Shown: positions 31,103 to 44,000 of the stretch, one piece after another | Position numbering within the stretch: position 1 is the stretch's first letter | How the letters are laid out: every line of letters starts with the position of its first letter | From: Caecitellus pseudoparvulus | Taxonomy: Eukaryota; Protista; Bigyra: Bicosoecida | Reading direction: 5' to 3' | Length of the DNA stretch: 64,000 bases | Assembly (NCBI GenBank): GCA_965644315.1 | Contig: CBFFRQ010000089.1 | Coordinates: 744,001 to 808,000 of the forward strand | The notes under the pieces: generated by a model | What the model saw: only the letters and a program-made list of their open reading frames with translations | What the model was told of the DNA's origin: nothing | The model's database searches: none | Program-made: the position numbers and the translations under genes

Positions 31103-33384
31103 ATGGCAGCGGCCAGCGGGCGGCGATGTGCGGATACGGTCGCGAAGAGCATCTGCAGGGCGCCTCCGAGCATGGAAGCCAGTGCCAAGCTCTGCGGCAA
31201 CGCCGTTTCGCCCAGCAGACGAGACGGGGACGTGCTCCCCGTCAAGGTGAGGAAGAAGAAGAGGCGGCGTTCCTTCAATGGAAGCTCGTGCGAAGCATGT
31301 CGAAAGTCGAAGTTGCGCTGTGACGGCCAGGTACGTTCCCCCGTTCCCTGCGCTGCCGCCACTCGTATCACGGCCCTTGCGACGAGCGGCGCAACTTCCG
31401 CACGCACACCACACCGTCGCACGCCCTGCAGCGTCCGTGCGCTCGATGCCAGCAGAGGGGCATCGAGTGCTGCGATTCAGAGGTCACATTGTTTCAAAGG
31501 CGCAAGGCCAAAGCCTGGGAGGCGCGAATGCTGCAACGCCACGGCGTGGGGGATGTCGGCACTGGTGCTGGGGAGATCAGCGACGTTGGTGATGCCGCGC
31601 TGAGCCCAGCCACCAGCCGCTCAGCGCCACCTTTCGACACCAAAGGAGAGTCGACGAGTGCAGGGTCCACAGACAGCCCCACTTCTGACGAGAGCCCGGC
31701 TGCACCACTCCCCACGACAAGCACCGCCCCAACTGTGCTGGCAGTCGCGACTGCCGTGTGTGGTCGTGAGCGGTGCTTCAGCCGGGGATTCGGGCTCTTG
31801 CGCAGCTCGGGCCAGGGCAGTGTCTGGGCGACGTGGGCGCAAAAGTTGCACGCAGCGCTGAAGGAGCCCGACCCGGCTGTGAGCTTGGCACTCCTGGAAG
31901 CGCGGTGTCGAGGCGGGTCTGCACCTCTTCGACTGCTGGATGCGGTGCTTCCGGGACTGCAGGCAGAACTCCTCAAGCGACTGGCAGACCTCCCAGTGCA
32001 CCTTCGTCGCCCCCTTCAGCATTTCATGTTCGATGGCTTGCACCTGTCGCTGTGTGGCCTGGGGGCCGCGCTGGTAGCTTGGCATCACACGAGCGACATG
32101 GTGTGCGCCCCGTTTGGCTGCCCTGTCGTGCTGTCACCCCACGCGGTGCTGCACACATCTGCAGCTGGTGGAGGCGAGTCTCCTCCACGCAGCACGTGTG
32201 ATGCTGCTTCAGTGCTGCACACTAACCGTGTGCCGCTGGCGTTCGTGTTGGAGCGGTGGCCAGTGTTGCCGGCGGCGTTCTCCAGCACACCACTCAAGGC
32301 AGTGCGCGGAATTGAGGCATTCCTGCATTCCATTGAAGAAGGGGCACCACCGGGAAACATTCCACAGCCACTTGTGCGCCTGCACTGGGCGTACTTGGAG
32401 AGCTTGTCGACGCCTGCGACCACCTTCACCCTGTCACAAGGCGGGGAGATGCTGCAGTGCCTGCTGTTCAACTCGGCAGCGGTGCGGCTCTTTGGCCTCG
32501 AGCACTGGCCAATGCCTAATCCTGCAGCCCCCATGCTGTCGTCAGAGGGCTTACTGCAGCCACGCCTCGTTCACCCTGACTGCCTAACCCGCCGCTGCCT
32601 GGCCATGGTTGCCGCGGCAGTGCAGGGGCTGTCTTGCTTTCAGCTGGAGGGCCATTACTTGCGACGAGTGGCGCCGAGTACCCCTCCCGGGGCTGCAATG
32701 CCCTGCGTGCCCCCCGCGCCTCCTGCAGCTTCCAGCTTCTTCGCCACTGAGACGAGCGTGCGGGAGAGCATTCCTGGCATGGGGGATGTGCTGCGTGGGT
32801 CATACTTCTCAGACATCCACGCCATGCGCCAGCCACTGCAATACGCAGCACTGGACTTCACTGGGGCGCAGCTCTCTGCAATTGAGGAGCTCATGCTGCG
32901 TGAACCTGCGGTTGCGCCGCTGGAAGTGCAGCTAGCCACTTCCCGCAAACAGCTGCACGCCCACTCTCTCCTGCACCCCACTTTTATCGGAGTGGATCCA
33001 GAGATAGAAAGGATCTTGCTCAGGCAGGCCATGCTGATTCAAGCACACGACGTGCCCGCCTCACCTCAGCCTGGCGGTGGCGGGCAGCAGCGCTCGCGAG
33101 CCAGCCGCATCCGGGCCGCCCTCACCGACCCAAGCATGCAGGCTGACTGGCAGGCCGTCATCGCATCCATGAAGCGGGCTCTGACCTTTGACGGGGGGGC
33201 GACGGTGCCCACGGTCTTTTGCGGAAACGTGGGGGAGGTGTTGCCTCGACCTGTTGCCGAGCGTGTCGGAGCGGCCGGCATTCGCAGGCCTGCCGTTGAA
33301 GACTACTTCCAACAGCACGCTTTCAGCGTCGAGCAGGCCGCTGTGTTCCCCCTGAACACGGTGCAGAGCTGCATTGATCCCTGA
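31103..33384 (+). CDS. Zn(II)2Cys6 (GAL4-type) transcription factor with C-terminal PAS-like domain; 2 exons
   Basis: Intron 31331-31431 joins KKKRRRSFNGSSCEACRKSKLRCDGQ|RPCARCQQRGIEC, an exact C-x2-C-x6-C-x5-C-x2-C-x6-C pattern. It continues in frame into the 631-aa ORF. Start could be 31103 or 31172. Confidence 0.85.
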
Positions 33385-33395
33385 CGCCCGAGCTG

Positions 33396-34598
33396 TCAAG
33401 TGTCCTCAGAAAAGTACAGCGACCGGATGCCTTTCACGAACTCGTGCACGTGTGGCAAGGCAGGGGGCGCCACCAGTGCGGCTTCGGGCTTGTCCATGCC
33501 ATCGTTCAAGAAGTTGTCCAGCATGCCAAACAGGGCCGCGTCGTACGCACACGGCGCTGTGCCGAACAAGAAGTACGCCGTTGGGTGCTTCTCCTCCGCA
33601 GCGCCCAGCTCCCACCGGGCCTTGCCTGCCTGCAGCAGGCTCTCCACGGCGTCCAAATCGTCGCTGGTCATGCTGAGCGCGTCGGCAGGGCTGTGGCGAA
33701 CCTGGCCCTTGGCCCACAGGTCAGCCCACACGCCCCGCCGAATCACCGGCGCAATCAGGCACCGCAGGGGCTCAGGGATTCCCCCCAGGAAGCGGTTGTA
33801 CACGATGTGCCAGTTTGCCCCCTCCACCCACCTGGCCGCGGTGAGCTTTTGGTTCAGTGACTCCTCCACAAGCCGCATGACAGCGTGCCCCACCGCGCGG
33901 TCCTGGGGAGGCAGGTGAGAGACAGGCACGAGGGCGGGGGCGAGGGCGGCGTCAGCCCCTGCAGAATACACTGCGCCAGACTTTGGGTGTTTCCAGGTGG
34001 CCGAGGCAGTGTCAGCGTCGCGGTCGCGCTCCATGCGACATGCCGCACCGCGCACGACAGTTCCTTCCCGACGCCCGTCCGAGGCAAAGAACGTCGCTTC
34101 CAGGTACCGGATGATCAACGCGCTGTCCCCAAAACGATGTGAGCCATGCTCGATGTACGGCATCTTGCCCTTGGGTGCACGGGGCAAGTCGGCTGCGAGG
34201 ATGGGAACCAGCAAGGTGGCGTGTGCAAGGCGTGGTGTGGTGGCACCGCACGCTCACTGACGCGCATGTCGGGTGTACGGGATGCCGGCCATGCGGCAGT
34301 ACACCTCCAGCTTAGAGCAAAAGGGCGATGCGCTGCATGCCACGCCAAGGTACTCCGCACCGGGGCTGAACACCTTCAAATGCTCTGCGAGGCAGGGTGC
34401 GGAACCGTGCGGAAATCGAATGTCATGGCCATCCTCAGACCGCACCGCCTGGCACGCACCTGCTGCGTCTCCGCTGACAGGGGAGTCCTCCGCAACGGGG
34501 AGCGACGAGAGGTAGTAATAGTGCACTTGCTTCAGGACGACTAGGAGCAAGATGACCCAGCCGGCCACGCCAGCCCAGCAGCAGGCTTCCCACTCCAT
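33396..34598 (-). CDS. Failed-axon-connections (FAXC)/metaxin-like GST-fold protein with N-terminal membrane anchor; 2 exons
   Basis: N-terminal TM segment, then SASPFCSKLEVYCRMAGIPY| intron 34261-34193 |..PKGKMPYIE..GDSALIIRYLE, RLVEESL...RW, DLDAVESLL, YFLFG.APCAYDAALFGML. Confidence 0.85.
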
Positions 34599-35074
34599 CC
34601 TTGATGATGGAGGCGAATGGGAGCAGAGGGGCAAGAAGAGTCAACAACGCCAAGAGAAGCAAGGGGGTTGTGGGGTGTCTGTAATGTGCGCGACAGTACG
34701 GTATACCCTCAATGCCGAGCTGGGTGTGCAAGCCCGCTCACGGCAAACCCGAAAGCGCTGCCAGACGCAGAATGCGCTGATCGTCCCCACCACAAGAAGC
34801 GGGACACCAGGAAGGCGGTGGCTGGGCGCATTGCATGCCTGCAGCGCACAATCCAAACGTTGGCACCGTAGCCACCACGAAACTGTCAAGGGAACTGTGT
34901 TTGCGAACACAGCCAGGGTGAAAGGCTTCCTCTTCCCGCAACCCAATCGTGCGAAGCGTGCCAGGCCCGCGTCGGCGTTTCAGGGAATCGGACACTGGCG
35001 CACCCGACGCTCGGCGGCGGCAAGCGGGCATTCGGGCCCGCCCCCCTGCACCTTGCCCCTCCCACAGCCAAACG

Positions 35075-38000
35075 ATGAAAGGAAGCCCGCTCACATTGGT
35101 GCTGGTCGCCGCGTGCGCCATCTCCAGCGCGCGAAGCTTGCGGCTGTTCCCGGAAGGCGAGGCGAGAGTTACACCCGTCTCGTACTCTGCGCTGCCCAAC
35201 ACGGGGCCGCGCAGCGTTGTGCGGGCGGCGTCCGGCACTCTCAACGTTTCAGGGGCAACTTCCCCCTTGCACACGGCGCTGGGCGGCGCGGCACTGTCTG
35301 TGCAGCGGGAATGGCTGCGGTGGGACTTCAATGTCTCCCTGGACACCTCCAGGCCCAGCCCGCCCACGGCATTGCCGCCGCTGCCCCCAGGGGCTGCCTT
35401 TGCCCACCACAGCGCATGGGTGGCAGGGGGCACTGTGGAGTGGGAAGGCCACTCTGCCAGCCTGCCTGCTCTGAACACCTCCACAGTGTACGGTGCGTCC
35501 ATGCAGAACTTCAGCCTGGGCGCTGCCGGGCTGCTGGGCGCGCTGGACCACGGCGAGGGCGGCATGCAGGCTCGCCTGGCCGAGGCGGGCAACGTCATGG
35601 CGCGCTTTGAGATGTCGTGGAATGGCTTCAGCATGGAGCCGTCCATGCAGGTGAGCCACCTGCGTGTGTGGCGGGGGGGGCAGTGGGTGCACGTGCACGG
35701 CCCCACGGTGTGCACGGGGGTGGTGGTGGGGCACCCCCTCTTCAACGCCAGCCTGTTCGAGGAGTTCACGCCGGAAGTTGGCCCAGAGCACCCGGGCACG
35801 TTTTCAGTGCCGGTGCACCCCCTGCGGGTGACTGTGCACTGCGACGCAGCGGCCATGTTCCTGTCCACTGTGGAGCAGCGGCTGTTGACGCACTGGGCGC
35901 GGGAGTGGCCCTCCCCGCCGGTGCTGAACCTGCACAGCGTCCGCTTGCACTCCCTGGCGCCATGGGTGGAGGGGGTGGGGGGTCTGGGTGCTGTGCCTGC
36001 AGAACCGTCAGCTTGGCCAGCCTTGGAGCGAGAGGGGGCTGCGGAGCGGGCGTCCATGGGCATTCCCCTGCGCACCAACTCCGCTGGCGTCGTGCAGCTG
36101 TCCATGGGAAAGGAACACATGTGTGCATTGCTGCAAGGTGGGACAGTGCGGTGCTGGGGCGAGGGCGGTGCGACTGTTGCGGTGGGGTACGGTGCGGGGC
36201 GCCTGGGCCAGGGGAACACGGACGATCTTGGTGCTGACATTTCTGTGACTGACATTCCAGACATCGCCCTGCCGGGCCCGGCAGTGTGGGTACAAGCGGG
36301 GTCATTCACAACGTGTGCGATGCTGGTTGGGAACCGGCTGCACTGTTGGGGCGACAACTCCGAGGGGCAGCTGGGGCTGAGCCACATGCAGCCTGTGGGG
36401 GCCAGCCCAGCGTCCATGCCGGCAGAGGCGGAGGTGCCGCTGCCTGCGGGGGACGTTGTTGTCAAGATCGGGCTTGCAGCCACGACCACCTGCATGCTGA
36501 CCAGCGTCGGGGAAGTGAAGTGCTGGGGGTCCAATTTTCACGCTGGCTACGGCCTTGGCCCCAGCGGGCTGGCTTTCCGAACAGGTGGCTTTGTGAGTCG
36601 AACAGCTGCACACTCTAGATCAGCAGTGCTTTCGGGCCCAGCACTTGACATTCAGGCCGGAACTGGCCACTTTTGTGCTCTGTTGACGGAAGGGCGCGTG
36701 CAGTGCTGGGGCTTGGCGGGCGAGTTTCCCCCGTTCTCAGGGGGCTCGGGCCAGCTGGGCTACGGACAGACTGCATTTGGCATGTCCCCATTCACAAACT
36801 TAGGCGACAACGAGACACCTGCGTCTGTCGGCCCAGTGCCCATTGGTGCGTACGCAGTGTACCTCTCGAGCGGAACGTTCCACAACTGCATCGTCACGGT
36901 GGAGGGCAAGGTGCGATGCTGGGGGGCGAACAGAGATGATGGCTACGGCTACGGTGAGTCAGGCGGTGGCCGCCTTGGCATTGGTATGTATCCCCCTGGT
37001 GCGTCGGGCTGGGATGATGCGAGCGTCGGTGACGATGAACCAGCGTCTGCCGCCCCCTTCATTGAACTACCAGCACCCGCAGTCAAGGTAGCCTGCGGAC
37101 ACATCCACTCCTGTATTTTGCTTGTGACCAATGAAGTCGTGTGTGTTGGCGTAGACACTGACGGGGTGCGTGCGAGGGGCTTCAACCAGGTGGCAGCGGA
37201 TTGGAATCGGTTTGTACCCCAAAGGAAGAAAAACATCAAGGGCGCGACAAACTTTCGCATGGGGCCTGTGCTGATGCCCGGAGCAGCTGCCGATGTGCAT
37301 GCAGGGCTTATCAATGCGGGATTTGAGTCGTACGGCGGCGTCTTCCAGGTCTCAGCTTCCCCCACCACTGGCATCACCGGCAGGGGCAGCCTTGCAAACT
37401 CGCTGGGAGACAACGAGTGGCTGTCACAGACGGGCTTTCTTCCCGAGGCACGGCACCAGGCCAGTATCAACGTCCAGCCGAGCATCATTGGCAACTTGCG
37501 CTTGACGCCAGCGAAGTATGGTGAAGCTGCTTCGGTCCGACTGGGCTTGGACGGCGGGTGCATTCTGACCACTTGGGGCGGCATCAAGTGTTGGGGCGAC
37601 CCACGGTATAACATAACAGGGTTCAACACTGCCGATTATTTACCAACAGGTGACGTGTACGGGGATGATGAGTTGCCATGGAACTCCGCCGGGCTGAACA
37701 TTCCTGATGGTGCGGTGGACATCGCAGCGGGGGCCAGAACAGTTTGCGTGCTCTTCGACGCGACTGAGTTCGGGAAAGTCCTCGCCTCTTCCTCACACGC
37801 GTCAAGGAATGTTGCTTGCTGGGGGGACAACAACGGCCTCGCATCCACTGGTGGGCAAGGTTTTGAAGGGCAGCTTGTGCCATTTAGCGGCGACTCCTCA
37901 AGTCATGGCAGCCACTTGCCCGCGAACTGGCTGTCATTTCCCTCCCCAGCCGTGAGGATTGCTGGCAAGTTCCACCACTACTGCATCATTGATGCGACAA

Positions 38001-41000
38001 AGCACGTGCTCTGCTGGGGAGACAACTCCAAGGCGCAGCTTACACATGGAACTAGATCAACACAATACGTAAGTCAAGCCACACGGACTCTGCTCATGGG
38101 TGGCCATGGTGCTGTTGATGTTTGTGCTGGCGAGGAACACACGTGTGTAATCCTGGACGATGCAAACTCGACGGTTCAGTGCTGGGGCAGTCACTCCCAA
38201 GGTCAGCTCGGCTTGAACATTCACGACCTCATTACCGGGGGGCACGTTTCTGCCTCTTTCTGCTCATCGCAGTACAATTGTCACCTTTCGCGGGATGAGG
38301 TGTCCACAATCGGGTGGGGCGTGCCATTGAACGGGAGCCAGCCCGTCTCCCTTACCTGTGGGCTCGCCCACACGTGTGCTGTCTTTGCTGATGGAGGAGT
38401 CCAGTGCTGGGGCAAGAATGCTGCGTGGAAGTACCTCAACGCTGGCGCATCAGTCGAGCTCTCGGTCATCGAAGCAACCACGCTGGGAATCAAGCACGCC
38501 TCAACAACCAGCCGTCCTTTGCCTGGGGGTGGGCTTACGGAGGAGAATTCTCACGTGGGAGATGATGAGTACCCCTCGCAAATGCCACAAGTGCAGTTGT
38601 CAGGCAAAGCAATTTCAGTGGATGCGACCGAAACCCACACGTGCGTGCTGCTGGAATCGGGCCAGATACAATGCTGGGGTGATGGCCGCCTGGGTGAGTT
38701 GGGAACCGAATCTGCGCAGCTTGTTGGGGATGACGAACACCCGTCAGACGTCGGCCCGGCGCACATTAGCGGCACGTTCAAGCAAGTGTCCACTGGTCTG
38801 CACCGCACGTGTGGTCTGAGAACTACCGGGCACGTACGCTGCTGGGGTTCCATCTCTCGAGAGAGCCCGCAAACCTATCAACTGGCATCTATCCGCCCAG
38901 GCGACACCGACAGCGATGAGGGCACCCTCCGCAAGATTGGAGACGTGCGCTTCCAAAGGTGGATCCGAGGCCCAACTGACATGCAGCTTGACTTCTCTTC
39001 GTACCTTAGCCCGGTCGGACTTGCCCCGCAGCTTCACCTGGTCGGCTCAGTTGTTCAGTGGCGAGCCGTGACCCAGGTCCGAACTTGCACAGCACGCGTC
39101 TGTTCGCTTGCCGGCTTGGGTGCACTGCCGTCGTGGATGGTCAACCTGATGTTGGGGGCCTACGAAGTAGACCTGCCGACACTGCCTGCAGCAGCTACCT
39201 CCGCAGGGCAAGGAAGTGTCTGCAGCCTGCTTGGCTTGCCTACCCTCGATGCAGAAAAGGTATGCGACGCATCTTCCACATGCACAAGGGCAGCCCTGGA
39301 CTCTCGAAACTCCCAGTGTCAGAACGATGACTGGGTGCACACTTGCATGTGGCCAGCCCTTGACGTCTCGCCATCCTTGCTGCGCTTGGACTCCGTCTCA
39401 GCCTCTGAAATCGTGCCTGGCGTCCGCGTTCCATCTCAAGGTGGAAAGGTGTACATCAACGGAGAATTTTGGTCCTTGCGCATGCTCAGTAGCCTCCCAC
39501 TGAATCTCACTGTCCGCTTTGGAAGTGAGTCTGCAGTTTGTGATTCCGCTGCTTTGCAGAGCCACACCTTGATCGAGTGCTTTGCGCCTCCAGTTCCTCC
39601 CGTACCAGTGTCTGCCGGGCTTGTGGTCGAACTGCACCACACAGTTCCGGGCCTTCCCTCACCATTCAAGGAGGAAAGTGTCAAAGCCTTCTACTTGCCT
39701 CCGCGACTCATTGTCGCATACCCTTCGGCAGACATCCCGAACACTGGAGGGTTGGTAGCCCTGGAAGGAGACCACTTCGGGAGCGGCTTCCCTTCAAGCA
39801 TGGCCCAGACCACTTATGTGATTCTCGTGCCTGTTGGTGGGAGCTCTGACTGCAGCCAAGTGAATCCGATGCTCGGATCGAGCGTTACCATTGAGGCGCA
39901 GCCAGCACCGACTGTTGAAACCTTGACAATCTTGCTTCCTCCAGGACAACAGGGGGCCTGCATTGCAGTGCAGGTGGCGGATCAAAGGTCAAATTGGCTG
40001 CCTCTGCAGTACCTACAGCCTAGCCTAGATTCAGTGACACCGTCTACCTTTTTGCGGCCTGATGGCCCTGGGCAAGCATTTGGGACCTTCGTTTTCAGGG
40101 GTGTGAATCTCGCCGAGCCATCGTTTTCCCTGAGCGGGAAAGTCGGCAATGCCTCTTGCTCACACATGATACGGGTGTCCAGCTCGATGGTGAGCTGCTT
40201 CGGCGTAGACCTTTACCGAGCGTTTCCAACGGCATTCGAAGGACTCATTTCTTCTATTACACTACAGTACACAGTTAGAATTGGCACCCAATCGCTCGTG
40301 CAAATCAAGCCGAACTTGGCCACGGGCATCAATTCCATCCGTGTCTCGTCAGTTGCTGGCTTCCCTGTTCCCCTGGTGGGCGGCGAAATCACCATCTACG
40401 CGTCTGGCCTCACTCGCCACGAAGGCACCATCGCCGCTGACACCAGGCGCCACGGCAACGAAAGCGACATTGAAGCGGTGACGCTGGGTGACGGTGTGCC
40501 CTGCAGCGACATCCGCACTCAGGGTGGGCAGCTGTGGTGCACCGTGCCGCCGGGCACCGGGTCCCTGTCCCCCGTGTACATACGCCGTCTCAGCAGTGGG
40601 AGCGCGACCTTTACGCAGAGCCAGATGCGGTACGCCGACCCAGAGCCCAGCGCAGTGCAGAGTCCCAGCATATCCGCTGCTGGGAATGAGACGCTGTCCA
40701 TCGTGGGGCTGCACTTCGGCAGCCGGGACGCGCCCCACATCGTGCGGGTGCGTGTGGGGGACGCTGAGTGTGCGGGTGTGGAGGTGGTGTCCAGCACGCT
40801 GGCGCGTTGCCGGACGCCATCTCTGGCTGAGGCAGGGGTCACTGCGGAGGCAGTGGTGTCAGTGCAGTCGTTGAGTGGGAACTGGACGGCCTTGACCCAG
40901 CCTGTGGTGTACTTGACGCCGACAGTGCTGGCTGTGGAGGGTGGTGCCATGTTGTGGGGGGCGCAGCGTCTGCTGCACACGTTCTCCATCGTGGGCTTGT

Positions 41001-44000
41001 ACTTGGGCAACACAGAGCTGCTGGTGGACGGTGTGTCGGACGTTGGTGCTGGGGTGGGCGTGATGCGCTTCACTGTGGGCAGCAGCGGTGCTGGGCTGAG
41101 CTGCCGAGAGGCGGGGGGGCGGTTGACGCTGGAGGAGCGAGACAGCAGGCAGCGGTACTCATGTGAGGACATGGATGTATCTCGACTGCCTCGGCCTGCG
41201 GATGGCACGACTGTGGAAGTGTCAGTGGCGGTGGAGAGCAACGATGGTGTGGTCGTGCCAGTGGGTTCAGGCAGTGCCTCGTTGATGGGCACGCCAGTGG
41301 TGCGCAGTTTGATCCCACGGACAGGCGCAGCGGGGGCACCTGTGACGGTGCAGGGGGCAGGGTTTGGCGTGAGTGCGGGGGATGTGCTGGGTGTGACAGT
41401 GGGGGGGCACCCTGCGCCGTCGGTGGAGTGGACGGCGTCCAGCAGCTTGACGTTTGTGTTGCCGGACTTGAACACGACGGACCCTGTGGCGCTGAGCGGG
41501 TTGCGTGTGTCGGTGCTCATGCGGAGTGGCGCAGAGTCTGTCGGTGAGGGGGCAGACGGCGACGTGTTCAACTACGCCATTCCGCCACAGCCGCCTCGAG
41601 TGGCGCCCCAGCTGCTGTGTGTGCGTCGTGACATCACGGGTGCGACGCGTGTGGCGTTTGGGTGGGATGACGATGACGTGTCGCGGCTGGTGGGTGTGAG
41701 TGCATGGGTGGTGGAGGTGGGCCCATGGGGCGGGGGGAGCGAGGCCCGGCCTCAGACGCTGGTGTACGCAGCAGAGCCAGGTGCGGCAGCTGCCGTGACT
41801 CAGCTGCAGGCACTGGATGTGGAGTGCTACGTAGGTGCTTGGCCGGCGCCGTCTGTGAATCGCACAGCCGTGGCGGCTGCTGTGGCGGCACGCAGTCCAG
41901 ATGGCAGCTACCAGCGTCTGGTGGAGATCACGATCCCGGGTCTGAGCGCTGCGCCGCTGTCAGTGCGTGTGCGGGGCAGCAGCGACATCAGCAGCCGGCA
42001 GCAGGATGGGCCAGCGTCACGGGCGGCCGGGCCAGTGTTTGAGCGGTGTGGCACAGATGCCTTCCTTGCCACACACGAGATTGTCGAGGGGCGCACGAGC
42101 CAAGCGGTGTGCCGGTCCTGCCCTGTGGGGGCGGTGTGTGGCGGCCTGCCGTGGGAAGGCATGCGTGCGGCGCGGGGGTACTTCCGTGTGCCCTGGGGCG
42201 AGTCGGGGTTGACCTTTTCACCCTGTCGCAGTGATGCGGCATGCCCTGGTGAGCCGCCGGTGGTGCCGTTGCAGGCTGTGTGGTTGGGCGCTTCACGGCG
42301 CCGGGCACTGGGTGCGGGCGCGAATAGCAGCCAGGACCTGTGCCTGGATGCGGGGTGCTTGGGGCAGCGCAGTGAAGCGCAGGCCGTGCCTGTGGAGTTC
42401 CTGGGCAGCATGGTGGCTGTGCCCGAGGAGCTGGGGCAGCACAGCGCCAACAGCACTGTCAGCAGCGGAAGCGCCGGGCAAGAGCAGTGTGCAGTGGGGC
42501 ACACGGGCGTGCTGTGCGAGACGTGTGCTGTGGGGTATGGGAAGGTGGGGTCTGACGAAGTGTGCACTCAGTGCCGGGGCGGGCAAGCAGCCGCTGTGGC
42601 GCTGTTGGTGGCGGTGGTGGTGCTCGTGGCGGCAGTGTGTGGCTTCCTGGCGTGGTCGTCGCTGTCGCAGGCAAAGGCCAACGAGGGCACGGCCATCCAG
42701 AAGATCGGCCTGAACCACATGCAGCAAGTGGCGCTGATGGGGTCCTTTGCGCTGCAGTGGCCTGATCCGTTCCTGTGGCTGATGGACTTCTTCGACACGG
42801 CGTCCAGTGGCAGCACGGGGTTCTTCTCCATGGACTGTGTGCGCCCCGACAGCAGCACCCTGGACACCAGCGGCCTGAGCACATTCCAGCTGAAGACGTT
42901 GATGGTGTTCTTGTTGCCCTTCATTGTGCTGGCGTTGGCGGGCTGCGTGCTGGGCATAGCTGTGCTGGTGCGGCAGGTGCGGCTGGCGCGGGCGCGGCAG
43001 TTCGGGGTGGTGTTCCTCTTCGTGACGCTGTTCATGCTGTACACGTCCTTCATCCGCGCGGCGATGCAGCTGTTTGCGTGCGAGGACGTGGGGGGCGAGG
43101 CGTACCTGTCGGCGGACGTGTCAGTGCCGTGTCGTGGCACAGAGGCGTGGCGGTTTGGGGTGGGTGTGCCGACGTTGTTGTTGTTTGGGGCGGCGGCGCC
43201 TGTGGGTGCAGCGTGGATGCTGTCGCGTCGGCGGTCCAAGCTGTACACGAGCGACTGGCACAAGGCGACGCTGGGCTTCCTGTACATGGGGTACACTGAG
43301 GAGACGTTCTGGTACGAGTCTGCGGTGTTGTTGCGCAAGGCCGTGTTGGCGGCGGTGTTGATACTGACGACGCCGATGGGCCTGCTGTGGCAGGTGTCCG
43401 GGGCGCTGGCTGTGATTTTCGGCGCATCACTCCTTACTGCAACCCGTGTGCCGTTCCGCAACAAGACAGCGAATCGACTTGAATTGGTCAGCCTCGCGCT
43501 TTCTATTCTCACGCTTGTTGGCGGCGTCATGCTTTACGATATTGCTTCACGAGAGGTGCAAACTTCGTCGCATTTTGACATTGCATCTGTTATTTCGGTG
43601 ATGCTGACTTTGCTGAACGGTATCTTCCTCATCACCACCCTTGTCATTGTGCTTCGTGCCCGTGGGTCCCAGATCTTGGATGTTGCCAAGAGTGCAGCAG
43701 CTCCCATCGGTGCGCTTGTGAAGTCGGCATCGCTGCGATTTAGCGGGGCAGCTTCAGCGTCCGAGCCGCCGCCCAAGCTGAGCGGCCAGCGCATGTCACG
43801 CAGGCCATCCCTCACACCCCAAGCCCCGCCAAGTCCCAGAGAAGCAGTCACATCAGCTGGAGACCCCACTGGCCAAACAACTGTGTCTGTTCTGCAAACA
43901 GCCCGAGAGGGGCGTGTGATGAAAGCAAGCGCTGCCAAGGGTGCTCAGACCAGTGCGCCAGCTTCGCCCTCCCAGGTGTATGAAGTGAGAAACCCCATGG

